This document shows, in pieces, positions 1 to 11,800 of a stretch of DNA of 64,000 nt. The DNA comes from Chrysemys picta bellii (Eukaryota), in NCBI RefSeq assembly GCF_011386835.1, contig NC_088812.1, positions 12,028,001 to 12,092,000 of the forward strand. The letters run 5' to 3'. Each line of letters opens with the position of its first letter. Positions within the stretch are counted from its first letter, which is position 1. The notes beneath the pieces were generated by a model. That model had not been told where the DNA came from and made no database searches. It saw only the letters and a list, made by a program, of their open reading frames with translations. The translations under genes were made by a program, and so were the position numbers.

Positions 1-960
1 CACTTTTCCAAGCTGAACGGTTCCAGTCTTTGTAATCTTGCCCGAGATGGAAACTGTTCCATCCCCCTACGCATTTTTGTTGCCCTTCTCAGTACCTTTG
101 TCAATTCTAATATATCTTCTTTGAGATGGGGCGGCCAGCACTGCAGGCAGTGTTCAAGGTGTGGGCGTACTGGGGATTTATATTAGCGGCGTTAGGATAT
201 TTCCTGTTTTGTTATCGATCCCCGTCCTAATGGTTCCTAACTTTCTATTCGCCTTTCTGACAGCTCCTGCGCACTGAGTGGATGCTTTCACAGAACTATC
301 CACAGTGACTCCAAGATCTCTTTCCTGAGTGCTAACAGCAAATTTAGACCCCATCACTTCATATAGATAATTGTGAGGATGTTTTCCAATGTGCGTTACT
401 TTGCATTTATCTACATTGAATTTCATCTGGCATTTTCTTGCCAAGTCACCCAGTTTTGTGAGATCCCTTTGTGGTCTGCTTTGGGCATAGCTAATTATGT
501 ATCTGCAAACTTTGTCATTTCACTGTTCACCCCTTTCTCTAGCTCATTTAGGAATCTGTCGAACAGCACTGATCCCAGTACTGCTCCTTGGGAGACCTGG
601 ATATCTGTCTCTCTTTCTGCTGTGAAAACTGGCCATTTATTCCTATCTTTTTTTCCTATCTTTTAACCAGTTACTGATCCATGAGAGGACCTTCCCTCTT
701 ATCCCATGGCTGGTTACTTTGCTTAAGAGCCTTTGATGAGGGACCTTATCAAAGGTTTCTGAAAGGCAAGTACACTATATCCACTGGATCACTCTTGTCC
801 ACATGTTTGTTGACCTCTTCTCTTCCCAGAGAATTCTAGTAGATTGGTGAGGCATGATTTCCCTTTACAACAGCCATGTTGACTCTTCCCCAACAAATCA
901 TGTTCATCTGTGTGGCTGATAACTCTGTTCTTTACCACAGTTTCAAACAATGTGACTGGT
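1..960 (-). mobile_element. CR1 LINE ORF2 (reverse transcriptase) fragment, degenerate
   Basis: Minus-strand translations KSQHGCCKGKSCLTNLLEF, AFDKVPHQRLL and KFNVDKCKVTHIG...QERDLGVTVD match CR1 ORF2; the FADD motif is broken (FADT-stop); runs off the window start. Confidence 0.9.
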
Positions 961-1563
961 ACCGGTACCCTGCCAGCGCAATACCCAGGATGCACTGCCC
1001 CCCCCTTTCTGTAGGTCCCCTGGTCTCCATGCTAGTATGATAGGCATGGCTGGCCACAGAGGCCATGACCAGCACTAGCCAATATTCTAGGGAGAGGGTG
1101 GATTGCCATCTCAATGGGGAGAGACAGCCCCAGTATTCAGGGATTCCCAGCCCACAGTGGAGTCGGGACTTACCCATGCTGAGATGGAAACATCCCAAGC
1201 TGTTATGTGACAATTAGCTGCCCTGAGCCTGGCCTGGGTGTGTGTGTGTAATAAATTAACTTTCCCTGTAAATAAACCACATGCCAGATAAGACTAGGGG
1301 CAGGTGGGAGCCTGTTTTGTTCTTTCCAAAGCGGACAGCCACGCAGTTGGGGGGTGGGGTGGGGTGGGCACGGGGAGGGGGAGGGGGAAATATGTGGAGG
1401 TGGTGGAAGAGTTTTGCTTGTAAACAAGTGTAAAGGTCCTGGCTGGAGCCTGCCCCAGGGGCTGGGCGCTCCTTCCTCGGAGAAGTGTCCGAGCACATCA
1501 GCTCCTGCTGGGTCTGTCTGCAGCAACCAGCCTTGTTTAGTGCAAGCCCAGCAGCAAGCTTCA

Positions 1564-1768
1564 GGGCCTGTCTACACTGCAGTTGTCAGCGGGCTTGGGC
1601 CGGGGCCGGCTTGGGCCAAGGGCCTTTTCCCCCCCGGCAGGGTCCCAGAGCCCAGGCTTCAGCCTGAATGTCTACACCACAATTAAACAGCCCCTTACCC
1701 CGAGCCCCACGAGCTGGAGTCAGCTGGCCCGGGCCTGCCGCGGGGGAGTGACTAGTGTAGACGTACCC
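1564..1768. mobile_element. Non-autonomous DNA transposon (PIF/Harbinger-like MITE)
   Basis: Imperfect terminal inverted repeats GGGCCTGTCTACACT...AGTGTAGACGTACCC around about 200 bp; no clean TSD seen; family assignment from recall of turtle repeats. Confidence 0.55.
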
Positions 1769-4700
1769 ATTGGCACAGTGCTCGGCCGTCCCATCCTCAG
1801 GGCGGGTTGGGGCAGGGAGGAAAGCAGCCGTGGTAGGCTCAGGGTGGGGAGGGGGGGCCCTTCTGCGATATCCCCTTTTAGTCTGTATCAGACTGAAACA
1901 TGCCTCTCACCTGGGACAGACACAGTCTCCCCACGTCCCCGTCCCCCCCACAGCCTAGGTGAGGGCAGCCTGGGGGACAGGGTGGGGGAGCTTTTGGTCT
2001 TGCCCTGCGTGTAACCGGAGGAGGGGCCCAGGCAGGAAACCAGGGTCTTTCTGCAGCAGGGCAGCGATCCCTGAGGTCTGTGGCACCCGCAGCTCCCAGC
2101 CCCAGGGCCCTGCTCTGCCCTTCCCCTGTGACACACCCTCAGCAGGGGGCGATGCCTGCGCTCCAGGGCAGCGATCTGGGGCTAGTTCCCTGCCTGTGTG
2201 CTGGTCCCTCGTGGCCTCCTGGGCACCCGGATGGCAGGGTGGGGATGGAGCCTGGAGGGGAGAATCCTGCCCCATTGTGCCGGGCCTGGCTCTGTGTGGG
2301 GATCCCAGCCACGGAGATTTAACCCGTCTTGCCTCTGCCCCCGTTGGCCTGGGCCACGGGAGGGGCGAGGTCCCGGGGCCCTTCCTGGGCTCTGCTCCGG
2401 GCACTGGCAGATGCCATGCAGGGCCCATTGCCTCCAGCTGCAGGCCAGTCTCCTGCATTGTTCTGCTGGGACACTAGGGGGCAGCCGACACCAGCTCAGC
2501 CATATCAGTGTCTCTAAACACCTGTACGCCTCCCCCTCCCCACCCCCCACCGGGGGACAGGTGGGAACTGGCAGAGCCCAAACCTGGGAGATGCGGGGCA
2601 GCGGAATGGATCCAAACACCTCTGGGTCGCCTGTTCGAATCCAGCCCCTGGCCGTAGCACTGGTGTGCGGCCGCTCACCGGGGAGATGAGTTTGGGGAGT
2701 TCTCAGCCCAGCTCCCACTGGGCAGCCCCGCGGCAGAGACACCAGCTGGCCCTGCGGGGGCTGGGGCTGAAATGGGCAGGCTGGGGTGGGGGGTGATACG
2801 GGGAGAGATGAGATTGCAGGGGACATGGGCAGAACAAGGTGACTGGGGGGGTGCTGGGAAACGGGGACGACGGGGCATTGGCAGAGCCAAAGGGGCAGTG
2901 GGGGCGGGGGAGGTTCTGCCTGTCTTATCCCAATTCCTGCACAGCTCAGCCTCCCCTGCCCCCTCCTCTGCACTCCCAGCGCTAGCCAGCCCCCTGGGGC
3001 CTGTGGGCAATGAGACAGCCTGCCCATCTCCCGGAGGAGGCTACTCTCCAGAGGACCCTTTCCTCTCAGGGGCAAGGCCTTGCTCGGTTTTGGTTGGGGC
3101 AGGGGTCAGCCAGCAAATGGTGGGGAAGGGGGTTGATTATGCAAAGGTGCCCACAGTGATCCAGGGAGGAGGGGTGCCTCCGTGGGTGGGGGATGGGATT
3201 TGCTAATTCCTGCTGGGTGTGGGTTGAGATTAGCCCTGAATCTGGGTCAATTTCCCCCCACCCCGCCTCACATTTTCCTCCAAGGGGCTCAGTGCAAAAG
3301 GCTCAGGTGTATGGGTGTTTTTTTTTGGGGGGGAGGCAGGATTTCCCCTCTGCACACAGTCCCTGGCCTTCCAAATTCAACCCCCCAGGCAGCCTCCTTC
3401 CCTCTGGGCCTAGAATCCCCCCCCACCCTGCTCCCAAGAGTCTCCACACCTCATTTCGGCTCATAAGCCAAAGAGCTCTGGGCTTGGTCCTTTCCGGGTC
3501 TCCCAGCAGGAGTCACCCCCTTCCCCCTGCGGATGGATTGTGCCGGGACTCAGGAGGGGGCTGCAGGGCTGGTCTCACCCCAGTGCTGGGGGGGTGGGGG
3601 GGGTCAATGCAAGAGAGAAAAACGCCCCTGTTCTTGTGCCTGGGGCAGAATGGGAGCTGCTGGGGAGGGCGTGGGGGACGAGCTGTTCCTCCAATAACTC
3701 CCCCCAAAGTACGCTGGGAGGCAGATCTGCTGGCTTAGCCATGGGCTCGCGCCCAGGAGAGGAGCCAGAAGGGAGCAGGCCGGGGGGGGGGGGGGGTGAG
3801 GCCCAGCCATCCGCCCTCTGAGCAAACACTGCCTGTTCTCACAGCCCAGCGCCACTTGACCTTCACTATGCAAATGGGAAGCAAGGAATGTGCAATGGGA
3901 TCCCGGTGGCGCGGAGTCAGAGACCGGGGCTGGGATCCGGGGCCCAGCCACCCCACGGGAGACATGGGGAAAGGGGGCTGGTGCGTGCCCTGCGTGTGGT
4001 AGGGCGGACCTGACAGCTTCCCCTAAGCTAAGCAGCAGGGGTGATGCAGCTGCAATGGGGTAGGGGAGTGTTAGTGCTGGGGGGCGGGTGTCACCTGTCC
4101 TGGGCACCAGGTGAGACATGGAAAACCAAGGTGCCCCTAGGACCCTCCCCAGCCATGGGGGGAGCGGGCAATCTGGGCAGTTCCAGCCCACTCCCCTGGG
4201 CTGGAGGGGAGAAAGAGGAACTAGCCATGTGGGGGTCAGGGTGGGGGGGACACAGGTGCAGCCCCTTAGCAGCCTCTCTCCAGCACCAGAAGACACAATT
4301 TCGTCATTAACAAAAATTAAATATTATTTAAAAAAACCCAAACAGTTAAAACCACTTTAACCCCTCCCCCGAAGCCCGCAGTCCAGGCAGAGACAAACAG
4401 CGTATAAAATTATATTACCCTTTATAAATAGAAAAATAAAACTCTTAAGCGGGGCCGGGGGGGGGGGCAAGGTTAGGGGGTTAGAGTGTCGGGGCCCAGC
4501 AGTGCAGAATTAACCTGTTACCAAGATACACATCCCCCCACTCGCCTCCCTGCATGAGCCACAGCGGGGGAGTACCCCCCCCCCGCCCCCCGAGTTCAGT
4601 GGAACGACTTGCCCCAGTTCGCGTGTCCTGCCCCCGGCTGCTGACTGGCCTCACTGCGAGGAGAGAGTCCCGTCCCCCGCCCTGGCGCTGCCCGCATGGG

Positions 4701-6057
4701 CCAGCACATGTCAGCCTAGAACCGGCTGGCAAGGAAGCCAGGCGCTTACCCTGGCCGGGCAGGACACTAAGACGCGTGAGCGTTGCCTTGCCACCCTCAC
4801 AGAGCCACGAAAAGAACCCAGGCGTCCTGACTCCCCCCTCCCCCGCTCTGAACGCTAGCCCAGACTCCCCTCCCGGAGCCTGCCACAGAAGCCGGGGTCC
4901 TGATGCCCAGCCCCCCTCCTCTAGCCACTAGCCCACACAGTTTCCAAGAGAGCATGGCCAGGGTCTGGCTTTTCAAGCCAATGAGAAACCCCCACACAAG
5001 GGAACCCCTCTGACTTCAAAGCTATTCCTGCCCCAGTGGTGGGGCAGCTGGACCAGAGGGCCTGGCTGGAGCCCCCGGGGAGCTCATTCTCTCTGGGCCC
5101 TGCGTTGGAGGAATGCGGGGAAGGCCCAGCCAGCCCACAGCCCGGCAGAGCCCGGCTTCCCACGCGGCCGAGAACCGCAGCTGGGCAGAGGGTCTTGGGG
5201 TGATGATGCAGACTTGGAGCCTCCTGCGGGAGCGTGACTGCGTGCACGGCCCCCCACCTTCCCCGGTGGGATCTGGGCTCAGGGGCCCTGCCCCTGTTCC
5301 TCCTTCCGTTCCGAGGACCCCTGCCTTGCACGAACTCCTTGGCAGGGCGCTAACGGGGCCCAGCGCTGCCCCTCCCTCCTCCCGCGGGTGCAAACGGGGT
5401 GCCCATTCCCAGGCAGAGTGGGCCAGGGCAGAATCCCTCGATGAATGCTTGGGGGAGACGTGAGGAGGGTGGGCAGGTGGGTGCCGCGCCCCAGGAGGAG
5501 CCCGGGGGGGGGTCATGCCAGGCCGGGGGGAGGGGCTGCAGGGGGAGGATCTGGGGCCTGGCAGGAGCATTAGTAACAGGAGGGCGGGATGGCCTGGGTC
5601 TGACCTGCTGCATTCGGTGGAAGGGCAGCTGGGGAGCACAGTGGAGAGCCCGGCCTGGCGCTGGGCTGGGCCTGCTGCCGGGAGCCCAGCTCCTGGGCTG
5701 TTCTTAGCGAACCCTCCGGGCCCAATTCTGCCCCTTGGTCAGCCCGGGTGGGCACCACCCCAAAACCGGCCTCGGGATTTCATCTCGGGCCGGGAAAGCA
5801 GCAAGTCAAGGCCCAGTCATGCTGGTTAAGTGAAGCAAGAAATACAGGGACTCGGGAGAGGTGCCCCAACCGGGGTGTGGTTTGGGGCTCACCCTCCCCC
5901 CCCTCAGGCCTGGGTTCCCATTCCCTCCCCCGACCCCCAGGCCTGCAGGGATCCCAAGGCACTTGGAATAAAGCTTGGAAACTGCTCTCAATCCAGCGCC
6001 TCCTGCTTCCAGTTTGTTACATTAACGTTATCTGCGTCACTGATTGTAACGCGGTCG

Positions 6058-6725
6058 CTAGGCGTGGAGGGAGTCCTGGCCCAGCAGCCCCCACGCCAGC
6101 TGGTAGAGCAGCCGCGAGTACCAGTGCATGCCCGTCTCCGGCGCACTGCAGTTCCTGGCCTCGCCACTGGGGGGCAGCAGTGAGAGGAGGCCGTGGAAGA
6201 GCCGGAGGGGGGCGAAGGCGCGGTGGGCCCAGTGATGGCTCTCCAGGACGGCGTAGCAGGAGGCTAGCACCCCGTTGACCAGGAGGGTCCCATGTGATGT
6301 CAGTGGGGCGAACACCCCCACGCCCTCCTCCCGCGACACCCGCAGCACCCGGACTGGCTGCAGCCCGCCCCCGCCAGCGTGGTGGGCCAGCACCGAGTCA
6401 CCCGCCCGCACCCGCCGGGCAAAGACGGGCACGAAGCTGGCGGTGCCGTTGGCCGGGGCCGGGGCAGCGAACACCAGATGGGAGGGCGTGAGCAGCAGCC
6501 GGTGGGCGGGGCTCTCCGTCTCGATGGCCACGAAGGACACACGCCGGCGCAGGTCGCGGTCCAGGAAAAGCAGCACCTCGGTGGGGACCACCTGGCCGCT
6601 CCGGTCCACGGCCAGGACCCAGTCACCACGGCGCAGCTCCCACAGCCCCTTCCGCTGGCCGCTCCGCAGCGTCACCGTGGCGTGGCCCGGGAAGCAGCCG
6701 CCGGCCCGGCTGGCCAGGGAGTTAT
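6058..6725 (-). CDS. DHH: Desert hedgehog exon 3 (end of N-domain and Hog autoprocessing domain)
   Basis: cag|AT AAC TCC acceptor; [14 protein letters not shown] autocleavage site, [25 protein letters not shown]; TAG at 6058-6060; phase matches exon 2. Confidence 0.97.
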
Positions 6726-7654
6726 CTGCGGGAAGACAGAGGGTCCGGTCAGCACTGCGGCCCACGTGGGCCAGAAAACACCCCGATGGAGGCACGGAGC
6801 GGGCGGGCAGCATCTTGCCCGCGGCCTGTCCGCGTGGGGGATATTTGCACCTGCCATGGTGCAAGCCTTCCCCGGAGCAGGGCTGGTGCACCAGGTGTAA
6901 ACAGGGCTTGCACAGGGGCAGTTTAATCCAGCACAAGGCCTGGCTCACAGCACAGGACATCATCGCTGGGGTTCGCACTGGAGCAGAGAGACCAGTACCC
7001 AGCCCAGACAGACCCGGCTTGCAATGCCTGCTCACGCCAGGGGTGGAGCAGCTCCAGAGAAGTGCTGCGCGCTCTCAGCCTCCAGTGAAGGCAGCGGGAG
7101 CCATGGGCACCTCCCGCGTCTGGAACCTCTTCGTTCTGTCGTCTGGCTTGGCCATGCTTCTAGGGAGGGGAAGTGCTCGCCCCTGACAGGCTCAATCCAG
7201 AAACAAACCGACAGGGCACGGTGCTTGGGAAAGCCCCGTTTAACAGAGACTTCAAGGGGGATCCTGCCTTAAAGTGCGGCTGCCTGGTGGGGAAACCTCG
7301 AGATGTATCAACACTCGGTCAGCAGCTCTGTCACAGGAGGTTCAAAATATTCTTTGTGAGTATTACTAATTATTTAGTTAGTAATTAGCAGTTAGTATTA
7401 CTATAATAATTACTAACTAAGACCCTTCTCTGCACTGAATTTCTTTACAACAATCGGAAGAACGATTCCCTTCATGTTCGATTTTTGTGACATCCTTAAC
7501 GCTGATGGGATGAGGAAGGAATTCTGCGGCTTCTGTTACTGCAGTGCCTAGAAGCACCCCCCAAAGCAGGGCCCCGCTGCAGGTGTTGCACAGCGCGAGC
7601 GTGAGAGGCAGGGCTTGCCCCAAAGAGCCGACAGTCCGTGTAGACAGTGGGTGG

Positions 7655-7775
7655 GAGGGGAAGCTGAGGCATGGAGCTGGGAAGAGACTCACCCAAGGTC
7701 TCAAAGCAGGGTCATTGGCAGAGATGGGACTAGAACCCAGGAGTCCACACTCCCAGCCTAGTGCTCTGCCCACCA
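7655..7775 (+). mobile_element. MIR/CORE-SINE-like relic in DHH intron 2
   Basis: GGGAAGCTGAGGCA...CCCAAGGTC...TGGCAGAGATGGGACTAGAACCCAGG resembles the MIR core. Confidence 0.55.
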
Positions 7776-8062
7776 GAGGTGTTGAGCGGGGGCATAAAAG
7801 GCAGTTGAGGGGGTCGTGAGGTATTGAAACATTTATTTCAGATGAAGGCAAAGAAAATCTGCCCTCTCCCGCTCCCCACACACTCGCCGGCGCTGAGCAG
7901 CAGCGACACATTTTTTACTCTTACACGTGAACGGAAGCAAACTTGTGAATTCAAACAAGGAGTTGCCAACCTGAAGAAGTCAAGGAACACCCCAGGCCAT
8001 GGGTCCAGGCCATCCAGAGCCAGGATCCCTGTCCCCCACGGTATCACCCTGCTTCCCGTTAC

Positions 8063-8324
8063 CTGCTTTCACCGACACGTGGATGTGGGCTTTGGACTCG
8101 TAGTAGACCCAGTCGAAGCCGGCCTCCACGGCCAGGCGCGCCAGCATGCCGTACTTCTCCCTGTCCCGGTCAGACGTGGTAATGTCCAGCGCCCGCCCCT
8201 CATAGTGCAGCGAGTCGGGGAGGTGATGCCCATCTTCGTCCCAGCCTTCCGTCACCCGCAGCTTCACGCCGGGCCACATGTTCATCACAGCGATGGCCAA
8301 CGCGTTCACACGGTCCTTGCAGCG
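8063..8324 (-). CDS. DHH: Desert hedgehog exon 2
   Basis: 262 nt; cag|CGC TGC AAG ... GCA G|gtaac; [34 protein letters not shown]...[15 protein letters not shown]. Confidence 0.98.
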
Positions 8325-8344
8325 CTGGCAAGGGAGAGTATGTA

Positions 8345-8838
8345 CATGAGAACGGCCAGCCTGGGTCAGACCAAAGATCCATCTACCCCAGTGTCCTGTC
8401 TGCCAACAGCGGCCAATGCCAGGAGCCCCAGAGGGAATGAACAGAACAGGGAATCATCAAGTGATCCATCCCCTGTCGCCCATTCCCATCCCTGACCAGC
8501 CTGGCAAGTAGCCACTGATGGACCTATTTTCCATGAACTTATCTAGTCCTTTTTTGAACCCTGTTATAGTCTTGGCCTTAGCAACATCCTCTGTCAAGGA
8601 GTTCCACAGGTTGACTGTGTGTTGTGTGAAGAAATACTTTCTTTTGTTTGTTTTAAACCTGCTGCCTATTAATTTCATTGCGTAACCCCTAGTTCTTGTG
8701 TTATGAGAAGGAGTAAATAACACTTCCTTATTGACTTTCTCCACACCAGTCATGATTGTATAGACCTCTCTCATATCCCCCCTGAGTCGTCTCTTTTCCA
8801 AGCTGAAAAGTCCCAGTCTTATTAATCTCTCCTCATAC
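8345..8838 (-). mobile_element. CR1 LINE 3' end (ORF2 C-terminus and 3' UTR) in DHH intron 1
   Basis: ORF 8457-8801 KRRLRGDM...[32 protein letters not shown] plus typical CR1 3' UTR ending GGCCGTTCTCATG. Confidence 0.93.
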
Positions 8839-11800
8839 GTTAACCCTTGCTGCTCCGGAGGCGCGGGGGAGGCAGTGGGGCAGACAGAAGGGAGCTGGCA
8901 TTACAGGAGGAGAATGCACAGCTGGTTGGGGGGCTGCGAGGAGCGGGGACCCTGACATCGGAGGAGGAACGGTCCAAGGATGTGCTAAGAGATTTGGACA
9001 GCCCTGCCCTGCCTCAGCTGCCACCTGGGGTGCTGGGGGGCACCCAGAGGAAGGACGATGGAGATGCTGTTGCAGGGGCAGAGGCCAGGCCCCCGGCCTA
9101 TTTTTAATTCCAAGGAGCTGGCCATTGTCACCGACAGGGACAGCGAGCGGGGGAGACAGGGGAGGGCAAAGGCAGCAGCACCCCCATAGTCCCACAGCTT
9201 TGCTGGTTCACAAGCCTAATTCCCTCTCTAGACTGGCGCGCGTGCCAGTGCCACCGGGCGCCGGGGCAGCCAGCCCAGGTTTTCAGGGGCATTTCAGCAG
9301 ATTCGGGGGCACTGCCAGGCCAGACGCTGCCACCCACAGCGGCTCACCGGCTAAGGCCTCGTCTCCAGCACTCAGCGCCCGGAGAGCCGCCCGAGGCCAG
9401 GGCAGCCGGCAGCTTTGCCCCGGCTCGGCAGACGAGGGTCGCCTGGAGCCAGCTTGGGCGAAGGGCTCCTGTCCCTGCAGCACAGCTGAGGCCCACGACC
9501 AGGCAGACGCAGGTGGGCAGGGAATCACCCACAGAGGGGACGGGACTTTGCCACAGGGCAGCAGCTCTGCCAGGGATAGAAGCACCCGGGCAGTGCCTAC
9601 CCACTGAGTCAGGCTGGCTCCCCGAGCGGGGCACAAAGTGCAGGGGGGCTGTGGTGACCCCCCCCCCCAATTCACAAGCTCGGGAACTGAGTCTGTGGCA
9701 CAAGGCTTGAGGTGCGATTTTCCCTTTGCTTTCCTGGTGCTTCCACTGTCCCTTTGCCGGTTGAACCCGGTGCCCCCCCCGGTGTGACACCCGCCTCTCC
9801 CAGCCACACCCGGCTGCACTCGCTGGACGTGTCTGGGCAGCGCCCAGAACCGGCTCCTTCCCCTCCCCCTACTCTATCCCCCCTCCTCGGCCCCTCGACT
9901 GCGCCCCCTCAGCAGAGCCCGGCTCCCTCCCACAGCCACGGGCATCGGTACAGAAGGAAACTTGAAACGGAGAGAGGCCAGGGCCCAGAGGAGAGCGCCG
10001 TGGGGGTTCTGAGTGCTCCCGTGAGACCAAGTGGGGGCCTCTTTCCAGCGCCGGGCTTGTCGTCAGCAGCTGGCAGCCAAATGCCCTGGGCAGGGACCCC
10101 GGCGGGCACAGACGCCGCACAGCCCCGCAGAGCCATGCTTGGGATGGCGCCACATGGGGACGGGACATGCCTAGGTCTGGCTGCCCCCACCCGGCCCAAA
10201 CCAGCGCTCACCAGCTCCCCCAGAAACACACAGACCAGCTCCTTAATGGGTGATTCATTAACTCGGGTCAGGCCCAGAGGGAATGGCTAATCTGAGTTTC
10301 AGGAGCATCAGACTTGTTTGAGGCTGGGCCCCTCCCTTTAGAGCAGGGGGGCGGGAACCAGGACTCCTGGGTTCCCCTCCCTCCTCCCCGCTCTGGAATT
10401 GTCTCCCCCTGTGACCTCATGCCAGTCACTCCCTTTTTTGGGGGCCGTGGGGAGAGCCACACTTCCCCGCTTTGCAAAGCAATGAATCTCTTGATTGAAA
10501 GGTGCTACATGCCCATAGATTCATCCATCCTGCTGCAGACCCACGTACACTTTGTCCTCAAACAATTTCCAGGTAATTTATCTATTATGCCATTCATTCC
10601 CCCCTCACAGAACTGCAGCCACCTCTGGGGTGAGGCGGAGCAGCTCTGTATAACACCAACGCTGCACAGAACATTCAAATCAGAATCCCGCTCTATTCTC
10701 TCCCGATGTGGAAATGCAACAACTGGCCACAAAAGGCAGAGCCTGAGATAAGCTCAGTGAGGAGAGGCAAAGGGAAAGGCTGGAGTGGCAGCAAACATCT
10801 CAAGTCTCCTGCCCCGCACAGGCCTCAGCCCAGTCTCTGCCTCTCCTCTTCACCCCCAGCGCTCCCCCAAATCTGCCCCCCAAGCATCATTAACCCTCTC
10901 CTGCAGCGTTTACTCCTGGTAGCCACTTTCCCTCCTTCTTCCCTCCCTCCTCCTGGGCTCCTTCCTCTGACCCCTTCGGCACCAAGCCACCTGCGGCTGC
11001 AACGCACCCCGGCTCAGGCCTAGGACAAGCCAGAGAGCCGAGCGGAGCCGAGCCGGGGCCTTGGGGGCAGGCAGGGTGGGCGGGGAGCTGCGAGGGGAAG
11101 GAACGAAAGAGGGGCAGACGGAGAGATGGGGGGCGCGGGTGGCATTTAAACCAGCTAGAAAGGGAACAAAGTCAGATTGATGGCGTGCAGGGGAGGAGGG
11201 AAGGGCCGGTGGAGGAATGTGCTGCGCTTCTCGCGCCTCGCAGCACAATAGCTGTTTTCCAGCCCGAGAATTACTTAACTCGGCGAGAATTTCAAATCCT
11301 CCGGTTCAACAGGGAAAGAACAGCAAAGTCATCAGCTTTGCCACAAAGGGCCCATTCAGTGGCCTTGCACCCCCCGGCCGGTGTCAGCAAGGGGGAAAGT
11401 GCACCCTGGGGGGGCAGCCACAGGACCCCCCTCCCCTCCCCCGGCAGGACTGCAGCAGCCACTGACCAGGATTGGGGCCCTGCAAGGCTGGGGGCTGGAG
11501 CAGTGCACAGGAGTGGTTGGTGCGCTGGCCACCAGGGGGTCAGGCCGGAGGAAGAGCAGAATATCCCCTGGGGGGAGGAGTGCTTGGGAGTTTGGGGGGG
11601 GGGGGGGCTTTTAGCTAGACTCACTCTCCCTACACGCACCTAGGCTGGGGGTCCCCCCAATAGCATGCACTTTCCATAGGGGTGAACAGAGTGGCTGGGG
11701 GAGGCACTCTCTGGGGTACCCAGACCAGCCAAGGGATGGCTGAACTGCCAGGCCCCGAACCCTAATGGCCAGACACCCCATAAAAGTCAGGGTGCAGCAG

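Noticed and set aside
4290-4445. DHH poly(A) site
   Set aside because: The AT-rich patch looks like a 3' UTR end, but I found no canonical AATAAA/ATTAAA on the minus strand (only TATAAA near 4411), so it is not called
6726-7035. N-terminal part of ORF 6058-7035 as a separate protein
   Set aside because: Intronic; hedgehog homology begins at the acceptor at 6725
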